DNA of 64,000 nucleotides from a virus: IMG/VR virus record IMGVR_UViG_3300028653_000010; one strand, 5' to 3'. Shown piece by piece: positions 20,027 to 30,298 of this stretch (position 1 is its first letter; each line of letters starts with the position of its first letter). The notes under the pieces were generated by a model. It saw only the letters and a program-made list of their open reading frames with translations, ran no database searches and was not told where the DNA came from. The position numbers and the translations under genes were made by a program.

Positions 20027-20378
20027 TTTCGTTAGTCAGTCTATCAAAGATGGAACGAGTGCTTTCGTCCCATGCAGTAACTTCACCTAGCGTAGCTCGG
20101 CGCCATTGGCCACTAAAGGCCACAGAGGTTGGTTCGTTGTCTTCGTCAAGGGTGAGGGTCCCTTCCCAGACCCAGAACCCTGGATTTGTAGGGAGCTCAG
20201 GGAACAACTCCCAAAGGCTGATCCGATCGTTATCAACCTCGGTGATGAACTCCCAGATTGAAGTCATCTCCTGAGGTAGGTTTTCCCAGTGACTTTCGTA
20301 GGACTCCAGAATTGCTGATTGAACAGGGAAGAGTCCAATGGCAACCAGAATGGCGTGGGAGCAGGTGGTGGAGATCAT
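20019..20378 (-). CDS. hypothetical protein
   Basis: PGFWVWEG motif; overlapping run. Confidence 0.55.
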   Translation of the reverse strand: MISTTCSHAILVAIGLFPVQSAILESYESHWENLPQEMTSIWEFITEVDNDRISLWELFPELPTNPGFWVWEGTLTLDEDNEPTSVAFSGQWRRATLGEVTAWDESTRSIFDRLTNENA

Positions 20379-21076
20379 ACCTTACCTGTCCATAACTGGT
20401 CTAGTCGTTGGATCTCTTTCCGAATGAGACTAATGTTCTCGTCAATCTCGGGCTTCAGGTACTTGAGGTAGATCACTCGTCGCTTATCAAACCAGGATTC
20501 CCTCTCCGGCCCCTCTTCTTTTGGTAACTCTCCAAGAGCTTTTGATTCAGCTAAGATAGCTGGCCCGTTCGGTCTAAACACCCCCATACACGACATGATC
20601 TGGCTATCAGCTACAGTCGGTCCAATTCTAATCCCCCACTCGTCGACTGCCCAATGACGGTGGTTCTTAGTAAGAGCTGCAGCTTGCTCTTCAGTGACAA
20701 CTAAGATCGGGGTGAAAACTGGGTCACCGTCGTAGTTGTAGTAAGGGACTGGCTCTGGAAATGTAACAACTTCCTGCCCTTCATCCGTCTCATCTGTCTT
20801 CATCTTCAACTTACGATCACCAACCTTGATAGCCATCCAGCGAAGCACACTGTATATGTAGTCGCGCTCGAACCCGTACATTCCTGATTGGTAGTGAAAC
20901 CCTATAGACTTGGGTCGATCAAATATATCCTCAGTGGGGTTACTTGCCGACCCATTCCACTCATCAGGTTTAACCCCACAGACAGCGCACCAACGACGGA
21001 AGTTCTTCTCCATAGAAAGAAGCATCCTCTTACGTAGTTTGGTAGAGCTGACTCTAATGGATATTGAATAGCCCAT
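20375..21076 (-). CDS. hypothetical protein
   Basis: 233 aa; GGTGTA 11 nt upstream. Confidence 0.65.
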   Translation of the reverse strand: MGYSISIRVSSTKLRKRMLLSMEKNFRRWCAVCGVKPDEWNGSASNPTEDIFDRPKSIGFHYQSGMYGFERDYIYSVLRWMAIKVGDRKLKMKTDETDEGQEVVTFPEPVPYYNYDGDPVFTPILVVTEEQAAALTKNHRHWAVDEWGIRIGPTVADSQIMSCMGVFRPNGPAILAESKALGELPKEEGPERESWFDKRRVIYLKYLKPEIDENISLIRKEIQRLDQLWTGKV

Positions 21077-21100
21077 GGGTACCTGAGTACACCGAAGTGG

Positions 21101-21304
21101 CTACCATCCCTTTTGGATGAAGTGGAACGCAATATAGATCACCAGGACTGCAAGAGACAACCCTAGCCCAAGGACACCGAAGAAAGCAAACTTGGCGTAT
21201 CTGAATCCCTTATCGATGGCTTTGAAAGCCTGTTGCTTTCCCTCCTCGGTGAAGATGGATGGGATGTCGTTGTCAGGTCTGGGTGGGGGTGTGATTACGT
21301 CCAT
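21101..21304 (-). CDS. small single-TM membrane protein
   Basis: C-terminal hydrophobic helix. Confidence 0.55.
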   Translation of the reverse strand: MDVITPPPRPDNDIPSIFTEEGKQQAFKAIDKGFRYAKFAFFGVLGLGLSLAVLVIYIAFHFIQKGW

Positions 21305-21610
21305 TCCTCTACTCTGTCTTTCTTTTTTGGTTCAGAGTCATTGTTTGGGTGCCACGCTCTTCAGCATCCGCTATTGCCTGAGCAATAGCTCTCTTCAGCT
21401 CAGATTGACCGTGTAACTCACCCATCATGAATACTTGATGGGCTAAGGCTCGATGGGCTTCGGTTACTACTGCCATACCTTACACCTTATACTTGAAAAG
21501 TATCGGAGAAGTCAAAGACTGAGTACAGAAGCTTAACAGTTCCGCTGGCGTCCCGTAGAGTGGTAGCTGACCACTTGACACCTGTAGTCAGTAAGAGTAC
21601 ACTTACATAC

Positions 21611-21823
21611 ATGGAAACTGACCAAGAGATTCACCATCTTCTCCACACCCTGTGGACTAAAGCCGTCGGAACGGCCGACTATGATAAAGAGCAATGGAAG
21701 CGCATGAGCGCCTTCATTGAAGGCCACATTCAACCGATGGGACTATTGAATCGGAATCGACTATCCGATGACCCACCACCAACGTCGAGAACCTCTAGAT
21801 ACGAACGCAAGCCGGTGATCTGA
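21611..21823 (+). CDS. small protein with C-terminal RYER tag
   Basis: ends PPPTSRTSRYERKPVI*. Confidence 0.7.
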   Translation: METDQEIHHLLHTLWTKAVGTADYDKEQWKRMSAFIEGHIQPMGLLNRNRLSDDPPPTSRTSRYERKPVI

Positions 21824-22264
21824 TCAGGGCTGCAGCTTAGGCTCGACGTTCTTGACCACATTGTTCAGGAAGTCAGCCAGATACTTTGCCACCTGCGCGG
21901 GAGTCCCCGTCTTCCCTCGAAGCTTGTACTCTCGGGGAAGGGATGAGACTCGCATCTCAATCTTGACTTTGCCGGTCGGAGGCGGGCTGTGGGGAGTCTC
22001 TTTTCCGAAACCCTCGATGAAAAAAGACATCCTGTTGTTCTCAGCTTCGGCCCCACCACCTCTTCCATGCCCAGTGGGCATGTTGATGAAGTTGACGAAC
22101 ACAGTATCGTAACGATTACCGGCGAGCCTCGATTCATTATCGAATCGGATCTGACGACCCTGAAGATTCAAGTGAGACTCAACAGCCTTGATGAACTCTT
22201 CAGACCCACCACCTTCAGCGGCGAACCTTGCAGCTATTTTTTGGATGAGCGGGTCGTGAGTCAT
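21824..22264 (-). CDS. hypothetical protein with N-terminal KIAARF motif
   Basis: MTHDPLIQKIAARF; class-C motif 15 nt upstream. Confidence 0.65.
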   Translation of the reverse strand: MTHDPLIQKIAARFAAEGGGSEEFIKAVESHLNLQGRQIRFDNESRLAGNRYDTVFVNFINMPTGHGRGGGAEAENNRMSFFIEGFGKETPHSPPPTGKVKIEMRVSSLPREYKLRGKTGTPAQVAKYLADFLNNVVKNVEPKLQP

Positions 22265-22279
22265 ACTATTGAGTCCAGA

Positions 22280-22290
22280 CTAAAGGATTA
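22280..22290 (-). promoter_or_regulatory. class-C motif TAATCCTTTAG (candidate late promoter)
   Basis: 15 nt before start; related copies at 6882, 24496, 49101, 55824, 63927. Confidence 0.5.
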
Positions 22291-22294
22291 CCGA

Positions 22295-22615
22295 CTACCT
22301 AGACCTTGCTAAAAAGTTAGCAAACCGCTTCACCCATTTGTCTTGAGTCAAGGTAACGAACTGAGAGTATCGCTCAACCCACTCACTCTCAGTTAGTTTG
22401 ATTGATCCATCAGTTTTCTGAACCTCTTGGATGAATTCGGCAGTCATTGCATTGATCCCACCTACAAATAGATGGACACTGCATTTATTGTCAGCGGGGA
22501 TGATCTCGGTTGGCAAAGGTGTGTAGGGCAACATCAACGGGGCCTGCTCTTGACCCTCTGAAGTTGGATGTCCTTTGATACGATGGTGATCTTGGTCCAT
22601 ATCTCGAGTCGGCAT
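22295..22615 (-). CDS. hypothetical protein
   Basis: GGAGG RBS upstream. Confidence 0.55.
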   Translation of the reverse strand: MPTRDMDQDHHRIKGHPTSEGQEQAPLMLPYTPLPTEIIPADNKCSVHLFVGGINAMTAEFIQEVQKTDGSIKLTESEWVERYSQFVTLTQDKWVKRFANFLARSR

Positions 22616-22719
22616 ACTTAACCTCCAAGTAACTGGATCAGATTATCAACTACCCAATACACTAACCATATAACTAGGATGAATACACCAAAAACCTTAG
22701 CTAGCGCATCTCCCATGGC

Positions 22720-22989
22720 TCACTCAACAATGTGCTCAGCAAGAACTTCGAGCTCAGTGATCACCGATTCGATCCGTCGCTTGCGGTCGAGGTACTGAGT
22801 CATCGCTAGTCCTATGTCCCCAGGGTTCGGATAGTCGCGTGCGTTAGGGGTCGTAACAGATAGAGCACGGAGTGCGTCACGAAGCGCATTGAGGGCATCT
22901 GAGGTGTCGTCAAGCAATGTATTCCGTGAGGTCCCACCGATAGTGATTGTAGGGAGTACTTGAGATCTGCTGGGTGCTTGGGTATCCAT
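22720..22989 (-). CDS. hypothetical protein
   Basis: PNARDYP motif; follows class-A motif. Confidence 0.65.
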   Translation of the reverse strand: MDTQAPSRSQVLPTITIGGTSRNTLLDDTSDALNALRDALRALSVTTPNARDYPNPGDIGLAMTQYLDRKRRIESVITELEVLAEHIVE

Positions 22990-22995
22990 GCCTAC

Positions 22996-23025
22996 TATTA
23001 CGCGCAGATTGCACCAGTTCTCAAC
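22996..23025 (-). promoter_or_regulatory. class-A promoter-like motif GTTGAG-N17-CGTAATA
   Basis: 6 nt before ATG 22989. Confidence 0.7.
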
Positions 23026-23094
23026 TACTAATTTGCTACTAATTCAACCAGTAGTTAGTATTTGACTGGCCGGTTTCTTACCCATTAAACGCAT

Positions 23095-23122
23095 CAGCCT
23101 CCGAAGACATTCTCGGAGGCTG
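23095..23122 (-). terminator. hairpin CAGCCTCCGA...TCGGAGGCTG
   Basis: 10-bp stem just downstream of the histone-like gene. Confidence 0.55.
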
Positions 23123-23142
23123 GAACGTTACCACTGGTTGGA

Positions 23143-23844
23143 TTATGCGTGAGCGACTGCTTCCCTCATTGCGGCAGTAGCAGCTTTGACTGCTTTCGGA
23201 TCACGTGGATCGAAGACGACCAGAGTAACTCTATTCCCATTGCGGGCCTGAGCAAAAGCTGACGACCCTGTGACCATTGGAATCTTGGTAGGTTGCATAA
23301 ATACCGGTGGTGATACCTTCTTGGCAACCTTCTTGGCAACCTTCTTGGCAACCTTCTTAGCCTGGGCAGCTTTGGCAACCACTGGTTTGACAGCAACCCT
23401 CTTGGAGACCTTCTTGGCAACCTTCTTAGCCTTGGCAACCCTCTTAGCTGGAACAGGTTCCTCCGAAGCCTTCTTCTTGTCGGCGCTCCGAATGCTCCAA
23501 ACCATCTGGGGTGGAATGTCCTGCCCGAGTGCTTCAGCCTCGATAGAGATGTCAGCCGCAGACTTGTTGGGGCGCTTGCGGATAAAGTCCGACTTGTTGA
23601 AGGTTGATTCAGCTTCAGCTTCGACAGGTTGCACGACGGGGGCCGCGTTCTTCTTGGCAACCTTCTTGGCAACCTTCTTGCTGATGCCGGCCGCCTTACG
23701 GTCATTGCTTCGAATAGTCCAGATGAAGTTGATTCGAATATTCTGACCTAGTTTTGCTGCCTCCCCCACGATATCAATGGGTTTCATGTTAGGGCGAGCT
23801 CGGATGAACTCTGTTTTATTGAACTTCTGATTCATGATTGCCAT
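23143..23844 (-). CDS. histone H1-like Lys/Ala-rich DNA-binding protein with duplicated globular domain
   Basis: two FNK(T/S)(E/D)FIR.RPN....W.IRS.D domains, each followed by KKVA repeats; AAGGAA before ATG. Confidence 0.7.
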   Translation of the reverse strand: MAIMNQKFNKTEFIRARPNMKPIDIVGEAAKLGQNIRINFIWTIRSNDRKAAGISKKVAKKVAKKNAAPVVQPVEAEAESTFNKSDFIRKRPNKSAADISIEAEALGQDIPPQMVWSIRSADKKKASEEPVPAKRVAKAKKVAKKVSKRVAVKPVVAKAAQAKKVAKKVAKKVAKKVSPPVFMQPTKIPMVTGSSAFAQARNGNRVTLVVFDPRDPKAVKAATAAMREAVAHA

Positions 23845-24117
23845 AACTGTTTTCCTTGTTGAGCCTTTAGCGGCAGTTCCAAGCAATAGTGGATCAAAGT
23901 ATGAGAGACTACAACCCCCAAAACTCATAAAAGGTTGACTTTTTCAAAAAACCTCTAACTTCAGCCTAGGGGCCAAACACATACTATTGACGAAAACCTA
24001 CTGGTAAAATAGGTTAACGACTCTACCCAACAAGGTGGAATCATTGACAAATACATCACTCTACTAGGAATTAAACTCCACCTTATAGAGTGAATAATAG
24101 CTCGATGAGTTGGATCT

Positions 24118-24480
24118 CTAGGTACTTCGAATAAACCTAGCCGCCACCCTCTGAACTATGTCTGAGGCGGTGATCGACGATCTTCGCGCCATGTACACAA
24201 GCCTGTCCCCATCCTCCACTATGGCAGCTGCTTGCTCCGCAGGGGATATCCTCACATGCCGCCCATCAGCTGAGTCCAAACTTACCTTACGAGCTATCCT
24301 AAGCTCATTGACCGCCTGGTCAAAATCCCCACGGGGTACCCCAGGCAACGCTTCCCTCAAAGCGTAAAGGGTAACATAGTTCCCCTTGCCCGTCTTGGCG
24401 TCTATGTGATCAAACGTCAAAAGAACACGCTTAGCCAAGGGGGATAGGGTCGCCGCCCTCCGAAGTTCTGGGTCTGACAT
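24118..24480 (-). CDS. putative winged-helix protein with C-terminal RVAARF motif
   Basis: ends IVQRVAARFIRST*; class-C motif upstream. Confidence 0.6.
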   Translation of the reverse strand: MSDPELRRAATLSPLAKRVLLTFDHIDAKTGKGNYVTLYALREALPGVPRGDFDQAVNELRIARKVSLDSADGRHVRISPAEQAAAIVEDGDRLVYMARRSSITASDIVQRVAARFIRST

Positions 24481-24646
24481 AAAGCACCTAGGTTACAAGA
24501 AGATTATATCTTGCTTACCCCGTGGTGAACGATCTTGCTGTAATTCAAAGCGTAGGTAGAGCTTTTGAGGTTGCCTCTCTACGCTTTTTAGATACCCCTC
24601 AAGCCTAACTATCTCGAACACTACGAGCCACGGTGTACAATGCCTT

Positions 24647-24841
24647 ATGGCAAAGGCAACTAAACACACGCACACTTACCGAAACGGAACCAAAGTCACG
24701 TTATTGGCTACTCATAAAGGACTTCGAGTCCATTGGAAGACGGAGGGAGCTGAAAAGCGCCATCCAGCCTACACGGTCTCCTGGGACAAGGTAGATAAGC
24801 TCAGGTCTGCGCAGATGACTCCTGAATCTCATCCTGCATAA
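24647..24841 (+). CDS. small hypothetical protein
   Basis: GGTGTA 9 nt upstream. Confidence 0.55.
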   Translation: MAKATKHTHTYRNGTKVTLLATHKGLRVHWKTEGAEKRHPAYTVSWDKVDKLRSAQMTPESHPA

Positions 24842-25070
24842 CCCAACACAGGTACTGGTAGACAGGCAGAAGCTCGTCCAGAGCCTCAAGGGCAAGAGGG
24901 TCTGGACGAGCTTCTGCTTTTATGAGCTTGAGGGCCCATTCAATATGCCACCAAGCCTCTTCCAAGTACAGGTCCTGATTGGAACCACTGGTAGACGCCT
25001 CGACTAGGAGGCAGCTTGCCAGTTCGACTCGTGATCTCAATGGGTTTTGGTCAACAAGGAGCATGAACAT
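24801..25070 (-). CDS. hypothetical protein
   Basis: ATG 25070 is 6 nt after class-A motif 25077-25106. Confidence 0.55.
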   Translation of the reverse strand: MFMLLVDQNPLRSRVELASCLLVEASTSGSNQDLYLEEAWWHIEWALKLIKAEARPDPLALEALDELLPVYQYLCWVMQDEIQESSAQT

Positions 25071-25333
25071 ACCCGCTATTACGCGCAAGGGTATGCGGAT
25101 CTCAACTAAAACTCTACGCTAGGGTTGGGTTCTTCCAGCCGTCTTGTTGTCTGATCTGTAGAATCTGCTGGATTGATAGCTTATCTTCGTCCTCAGGCCA
25201 CCCTTGCTCTTTACAGTACCTCTGTATGAAGGCATGACGGGCGTCGAGTATTGCTTGCGTCTTGTCGGCATCATCCTGAGTTCCGATAACAAATACACTC
25301 TCAGAACTATTTGGTATGTGCACTGTCGGCATG

Positions 25334-26473
25334 TTACAGACCCTGAAGTCTCTCGAGTCTGCTTTCAATGGATTCAGTCTGCTTGTTGAGCTTGTTTTGC
25401 GCCAACTCGCGCGCTCTCAGACGATCTCCCGCGCTACCCTCAAACCACAGAGCGAGCCCTTCGACATGGATCTCAGCTGTCCACTCACCGTCACCATTAC
25501 TCTTCTCGGCCAGGACTAGATCCTCGTCATGGTAATGGGCTCGTGTTGGGCTCAGGCTGGTCATAGGCATGCCCATCCAGGTGTCGTACTCTGACGGGGG
25601 CTCGTCGTCAACCGTGTGGGTTTCCACGGGGGTTTCTTGCTCCTCAGGCTCCTCAGGCTCGTCAGACTTACCCAAACCCTCATCCACTACTTCATACTCA
25701 GCTTCCAAAATCATTGGATTAGTACCATGGTCCTGGTCCTGGTCCTGGTCCTGGTAACCTTCGGACGTCGATTCAGCTTCGCTTTCTCCCTGAAGAGTAA
25801 CCTCGTCTCTCTCGACCGGAGATACCTTGGGCTTGTTGCGCAAAGAGTAGATACTCTTAACCGGGCAGTGGAACATGTTCTTGTACCCACTGAGGACATT
25901 GCTCACCGAGCTCCGGCGCTTGGGCATCCAGGTTCTTGCCTGAAGTCGCTGGCAGATCTCGTCAAAACCTAGGGTTTCCCTTCCTATGACATATAGGATT
26001 CGTGCCAGCAAAGTTACGGGTATCTCGGTTTCTTCTGGGGTACTCTTCTTGGTCACAACAACAACCTCCACTGGCGGCTTGAGAGTATCGCTACTCTCTT
26101 GTGACATCTTTACCACAGGTTGGGGAGGACTTGTATCAATATCCTCACTAATCTCCAGGGCACTAACCTCCAGGGCACTAATCTCCAGAGCTCGGGCCTC
26201 CAGTACTTCCCTGCGCTCAATTTGCGCAAGGAGCTTCTTTGCCTTCAAGATCTCCTCGTCCTGTAGACGTCGGGATTCCTCGATAGCCAAACCCTTATCT
26301 GTAAATAGAGCGCTCTCGCTGGCCACAAATTCAAAATAGTCTGTTATGGATCGGACTACTACTGGGTCAGGAGGTACAAAAGCCAAGTTCTGCCCCCCGG
26401 TACCTGCCTCAAGGATTATGACAGGTGTGACTCGTCCAGTTCCAGCTATCCAACGGGTAATAGGGGTCGTCAT
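25334..26473 (-). CDS. acidic protein with internal winged-helix-like segment
   Basis: 379 aa, DQ repeats, ILYVIG...LQARTWMPK segment; class-A motif 26483-26511. Confidence 0.65.
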   Translation of the reverse strand: MTTPITRWIAGTGRVTPVIILEAGTGGQNLAFVPPDPVVVRSITDYFEFVASESALFTDKGLAIEESRRLQDEEILKAKKLLAQIERREVLEARALEISALEVSALEISEDIDTSPPQPVVKMSQESSDTLKPPVEVVVVTKKSTPEETEIPVTLLARILYVIGRETLGFDEICQRLQARTWMPKRRSSVSNVLSGYKNMFHCPVKSIYSLRNKPKVSPVERDEVTLQGESEAESTSEGYQDQDQDQDHGTNPMILEAEYEVVDEGLGKSDEPEEPEEQETPVETHTVDDEPPSEYDTWMGMPMTSLSPTRAHYHDEDLVLAEKSNGDGEWTAEIHVEGLALWFEGSAGDRLRARELAQNKLNKQTESIESRLERLQGL

Positions 26474-26607
26474 GCAACACGTTATTACGCACGACGACTC
26501 GATAACTCAACTTAATTGTCAAAATAACTTTGAGTTTGGCAAAGTGCCACTGTAGGCTAAAATCCGTTTGGGTATCCGGTGTACTAATCGGACGAAAGGA
26601 CGGCTCT

Positions 26608-26757
26608 ATGCCTAAAGCCAAAGTTAGTACAGTAAAGGTGAAAAAGATTGGTCGAGACTCTGGGAGTGGCGAGTTCATCCCGGTGACAGAAGCCAAGAAG
26701 CGACCCAAGACTACGACAGTTGAGACAGTCAAGGTTGCCAAGAAGAAGGGCCGGTGA
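26608..26757 (+). CDS. small basic protein (GRD..SG.FI.V.EA..RP.TT type)
   Basis: recognisable small conserved bacterial/phage peptide pattern; AAGGA RBS. Confidence 0.6.
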   Translation: MPKAKVSTVKVKKIGRDSGSGEFIPVTEAKKRPKTTTVETVKVAKKKGR

Positions 26758-26798
26758 CCAAGTGTCGAGTAGGGCCATCCGCGGTGTAACCAACTTAG

Positions 26799-27290
26799 AT
26801 GGCCCTACTCGACTTCAAGCTGGATGAATACGAATCCTTCATCAGTAAAGCCTACCACCACTCACAGTGTGAGAGTCACGAGGCCACCAGAGAAGAAGTG
26901 ATCCTATGGCGTCGGGTTAAAGAGCTAGAATTGATCATACAGAACCTCAGGCCGCCGATTGTCAACGAGATGCTCGCGGCTATCCCCAGAGATGTTGATA
27001 AAGTGTGGGTAAACGTGAGGTCAATGGAACTTCTTCAGCGTCACGCTAAAGATGTGATTCGACTCGATGTGCTTCCAGGGAAGTACCAGGAGGTTTGGGG
27101 GGCGATTCAGTTCCTCGTCGACTACAATGGACTTGAGCAACCGCATACAGTCTGGCTCGCTTGTGATCGAAACTTACCTGATGGTGTGGTCAGCACTGAG
27201 AGAGCTTCCACTTATCTGACGCCGGTAGCTGAAACTCTCCGATCTCAACCTTTCCATCAGGCAGTTGATTCGGATCCAGTACAACCTTGA
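26799..27290 (+). CDS. hypothetical protein
   Basis: GGTGTA 10 nt upstream. Confidence 0.55.
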   Translation: MALLDFKLDEYESFISKAYHHSQCESHEATREEVILWRRVKELELIIQNLRPPIVNEMLAAIPRDVDKVWVNVRSMELLQRHAKDVIRLDVLPGKYQEVWGAIQFLVDYNGLEQPHTVWLACDRNLPDGVVSTERASTYLTPVAETLRSQPFHQAVDSDPVQP

Positions 27291-27564
27291 TATTACTCCC
27301 CTCAAAGCTCTTCAGAAACTCACTTCCGACCCCGATCCTCTTCACCTCATACTCAAAGACCTGCGCCTTCAGCATAAAGATCCTGAGGGCATCAATATCA
27401 GTGAAACAAGGTAGATAGTACTGACCTGGGCTTGAACTCGAGGTTACGTAGACGGGAACCCCATTTGCCCAAGGAAGAAACTTCCCCGAAAGGTCGTCTT
27501 CCTTGAACTCGTTACCTAGGAATGATTTAGGACCTTCTGACACGCGCGCCAAAGATAGCACCAA
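27190..27564 (-). CDS. hypothetical protein (weakly SseB-like)
   Basis: YLPCFTD..AL..F and VVLDP pattern. Confidence 0.45.
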   Translation of the reverse strand: MVLSLARVSEGPKSFLGNEFKEDDLSGKFLPWANGVPVYVTSSSSPGQYYLPCFTDIDALRIFMLKAQVFEYEVKRIGVGSEFLKSFEGSNIKVVLDPNQLPDGKVEIGEFQLPASDKWKLSQC

Positions 27565-27566
27565 TT

Positions 27567-27860
27567 ATGGACCCAACGCAAATTCTAAAGATATCGAGTA
27601 AGTACGAAGAAGTACTTCAGGCTACAGGTGCACGAGCCCAAAAGTGTGACACTTCACTGAACTTAAAGACAGGGGACCCTTGTGCTTTTGACCATTGCCT
27701 ATGGATGTGCAGTGAAGTTGAACATCAAGTTCGATTGGGGGATCGTGACAAGGCCATGCGATGGATCTGCTTTATTCAGGGGGTTCTATGGGCCTCGGGG
27801 CTTCTGAGCATCGATTCAATGCGGGATGATAATCGACCCGCGGTTGGAAGCACAACCTAA
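27567..27860 (+). CDS. conserved phage hypothetical protein
   Basis: H.LWMC.......DKAMRW..FIQG.LW pattern. Confidence 0.6.
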   Translation: MDPTQILKISSKYEEVLQATGARAQKCDTSLNLKTGDPCAFDHCLWMCSEVEHQVRLGDRDKAMRWICFIQGVLWASGLLSIDSMRDDNRPAVGSTT

Positions 27861-27894
27861 TATGCTTAGTGTACTTGTACCCTGGTAAAGTGTC

Positions 27895-28743
27895 GTGTTG
27901 CAAGTTAATGACAGGTTAGAAAAACTTTTCAGGGTTACAAAGAGAACCCCACCTCTTGATCCTGATGAGGAGTTGCGTCTATTCGAACAGTGGCGTACTG
28001 CGGGTGATGCTAAAGCCAAGGTGCGTATCATCGAGGCATCAATGCGTCATGTGGTGGCTCTAGCCATCATGTATCGCCGCTACCCCATAGCTACCGATGA
28101 TCTGGTCTCTGAGGGTAGTCTTGGTCTGATGCATGCCTTCGACAAGTTCAAGCCTGAGATGGGCAATAGGTTTGTAACCTATGCATCTTACTGGATCAAA
28201 GCGTTTATGTACAATGCGATCCTTGCTTACCACTTGGAAACTCACACTCAAGGAAAGGTTAGGAGCGATAACTTCTACCAGTACAAGCGGGAGCGTAACA
28301 AGGCAGAGAGCCTGTATGGTAGATCTGAGCAGGCTGACTCTTACTTGATGGATAAGCTCAAGATCACATCAGCTCAACTAAGTAAGTTGAAGAGAGTCAT
28401 GGAGTGGTCAGATGTATCCACTGATCTACCAGCCTACGATGATGCTCAAACGACGCTAGGAGACACCCTCGAGTTCAACGGAGACAGCCCCGAGGACTTG
28501 GTTATTAGCAATAGGCAGGTCACTGGAATCAAGAGCATAGTCAAGAAGAGCCTGACCTACCTTGACAAGAGGGAGCGCTACATTGCTGAAACCCGCCTCA
28601 TGAGATTTCACGAGGACTCTAAGACCCTTGAAGAGATAGGTAAGGACCTTGGGGTTACTAGAGAGAGAGTTCGTCAGTTGGAGTCCCGTGCGAAGCGCAA
28701 ACTCAAAGTGCACCTGCATCAACTTATGAATTTAGCCACCTAG
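27895..28743 (+). CDS. sigma-70 family RNA polymerase sigma factor (RpoH/RpoD-like)
   Basis: region 2 DLVSEGSLGLMHAFDKFKPEMGNRFVTYASYWIKA; region 4 TLEEIGKDLGVTRERVRQLE. Confidence 0.9.
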   Translation: MLQVNDRLEKLFRVTKRTPPLDPDEELRLFEQWRTAGDAKAKVRIIEASMRHVVALAIMYRRYPIATDDLVSEGSLGLMHAFDKFKPEMGNRFVTYASYWIKAFMYNAILAYHLETHTQGKVRSDNFYQYKRERNKAESLYGRSEQADSYLMDKLKITSAQLSKLKRVMEWSDVSTDLPAYDDAQTTLGDTLEFNGDSPEDLVISNRQVTGIKSIVKKSLTYLDKRERYIAETRLMRFHEDSKTLEEIGKDLGVTRERVRQLESRAKRKLKVHLHQLMNLAT

Positions 28744-28837
28744 GTTGAACATTGGAACGTAGGGTACCCTAAAACCTACGCTAATTGGTAACAAAATTGA
28801 AGCGATTGATCCGGCCAGGTGTCTATGATATTACGAT

Positions 28838-29233
28838 TTGATGACCAAGTTCCGTAGACCGCCTATGCCTGACGCACGGTTGGACTTGGACTTCTCCACA
28901 GTCGCACCGGGAAGCGTAGTAACCCATGACGACACTGAGGGCTCGCACTACGCGATTGTCCTTGACATCTACCCTGGGAGTTACGCTGACATCCTCATGT
29001 TCAGCTCCAAGGAGCTTGGGTACAGAGCTAGACCCCTCACCCAGGAAGAACTGGCGCTAGCTGGGTACATCAACTCGAAGAAGACCTTCATCTCATTGAA
29101 GAGGCGACCAATCTGGGAACTCCGCCCCCGCGGGCTAGAATTCCCAGATCATCGAGTCGAAGAACTCAGAAAAGAGTTCATGAGCCCACCCGTAGCCGGG
29201 GAACAAGTCTTCGACATCACTGACTGTGGTTAG
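28838..29233 (+). CDS. hypothetical protein
   Basis: 131-aa ORF. Confidence 0.55.
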   Translation: MMTKFRRPPMPDARLDLDFSTVAPGSVVTHDDTEGSHYAIVLDIYPGSYADILMFSSKELGYRARPLTQEELALAGYINSKKTFISLKRRPIWELRPRGLEFPDHRVEELRKEFMSPPVAGEQVFDITDCG

Positions 29234-29739
29234 TTCTCCGAATCACACTCGCTGCTGACTCTGGCCAAGTATTGCTCAGCATTCTCACCTGGGGCCGCCG
29301 CGTGGTTCTCTTTGATGTACTCGAGAGCATACTCCTGAGCTTCCTGATGGCTACCGAAGGAGGTAAACTCGAGGGGTTGCTTGCCATCTGCAGTATCATT
29401 CGAAACGACGTAGATAGCATCACCCTCCTCAGCAATACCAATTTGGACGTCAAGCGCAAAAACTTCACCGTCTTCAGTCTCATCCACGAAGGTGTATGAA
29501 CCAACGGTGGTCCACATGGAAAGAGACTCAACATCGGGCTTGGCTATCAAGATCCCTTCGGGAACGTACAAGCCAGTCTGGGGTCCAAACTCACCTTCTA
29601 CTGGGTCGTTGAGTTGAACGATGTACATGTAAAGGGGGCAAGAATATGCGATGCCAGTGATGGTTCCGCGGTGGTGTTGGTCACTAACACGAACTTCGAT
29701 CTCATCCTCAATCTGATGTTTTGGATACTGCTCAGTCAT
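29230..29739 (-). CDS. acidic hypothetical protein
   Basis: 169 aa, overlaps upstream gene. Confidence 0.6.
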   Translation of the reverse strand: MTEQYPKHQIEDEIEVRVSDQHHRGTITGIAYSCPLYMYIVQLNDPVEGEFGPQTGLYVPEGILIAKPDVESLSMWTTVGSYTFVDETEDGEVFALDVQIGIAEEGDAIYVVSNDTADGKQPLEFTSFGSHQEAQEYALEYIKENHAAAPGENAEQYLARVSSECDSEN

Positions 29740-30001
29740 GTTTCAGGCTTTCCCCCAGACCTAAACCTTCAGCGAACTCAGCTGCTTTAATACAGTCGAT
29801 GTCTGGGAAGTTGTTAGTGGATAAGGCTATGTAAGCAATGTAGCCCATTCGTAAAGAGTACGTCGAGTGTCCTTGCATAGAGTTGATAACGTCAATCGAT
29901 GCTACTCTTGCCAGGCGGTAACCGCAAATGAAGTCGTTGTGGTCGATCGCTTGTGGCCTCAGCGTGCTTATTCCTTCAGGTAGAATGGTATCAGAGTTCA
30001 T
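29732..30001 (-). CDS. hypothetical protein
   Basis: class-A motif at 30020-30048. Confidence 0.55.
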   Translation of the reverse strand: MNSDTILPEGISTLRPQAIDHNDFICGYRLARVASIDVINSMQGHSTYSLRMGYIAYIALSTNNFPDIDCIKAAEFAEGLGLGESLKHD

Positions 30002-30067
30002 TACAGTTCTCGTAGAGGGTATTACGCACGGCGCTCTCTGGTCTCAACTAAAATCGTAGTAGTTAGG

Positions 30068-30298
30068 TCAGTTAGTCAATCTGGGGGGTAGCAGGTCATG
30101 AAATACGAACCCATCGGGTGACTTGGCGAGTAGCAAGCGCATACCCGGTTTCAACTCAGGGTACTTCTCTGAATCTTCCTTGGTGATAGTGAACTTGTAT
30201 ACGGTTTCGTCAACTTCCGCGCCCCCATTTTTGGCTCTGTCCCAGAAATCTTGGACATAAGCAGGCTCTCCTTCAAAGGTATCAGGTCGGTCATTCAT
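30068..30298 (-). CDS. hypothetical protein
   Basis: FEGEPAYV..FW pattern; class-A motif at 30335-30363. Confidence 0.6.
   Translation of the reverse strand: MNDRPDTFEGEPAYVQDFWDRAKNGGAEVDETVYKFTITKEDSEKYPELKPGMRLLLAKSPDGFVFHDLLPPRLTN

Noticed and set aside
23166-23746. Alternative-frame and antisense ORFs over the histone-like gene
   Set aside because: Shadow ORFs produced by the 12-bp repeat.
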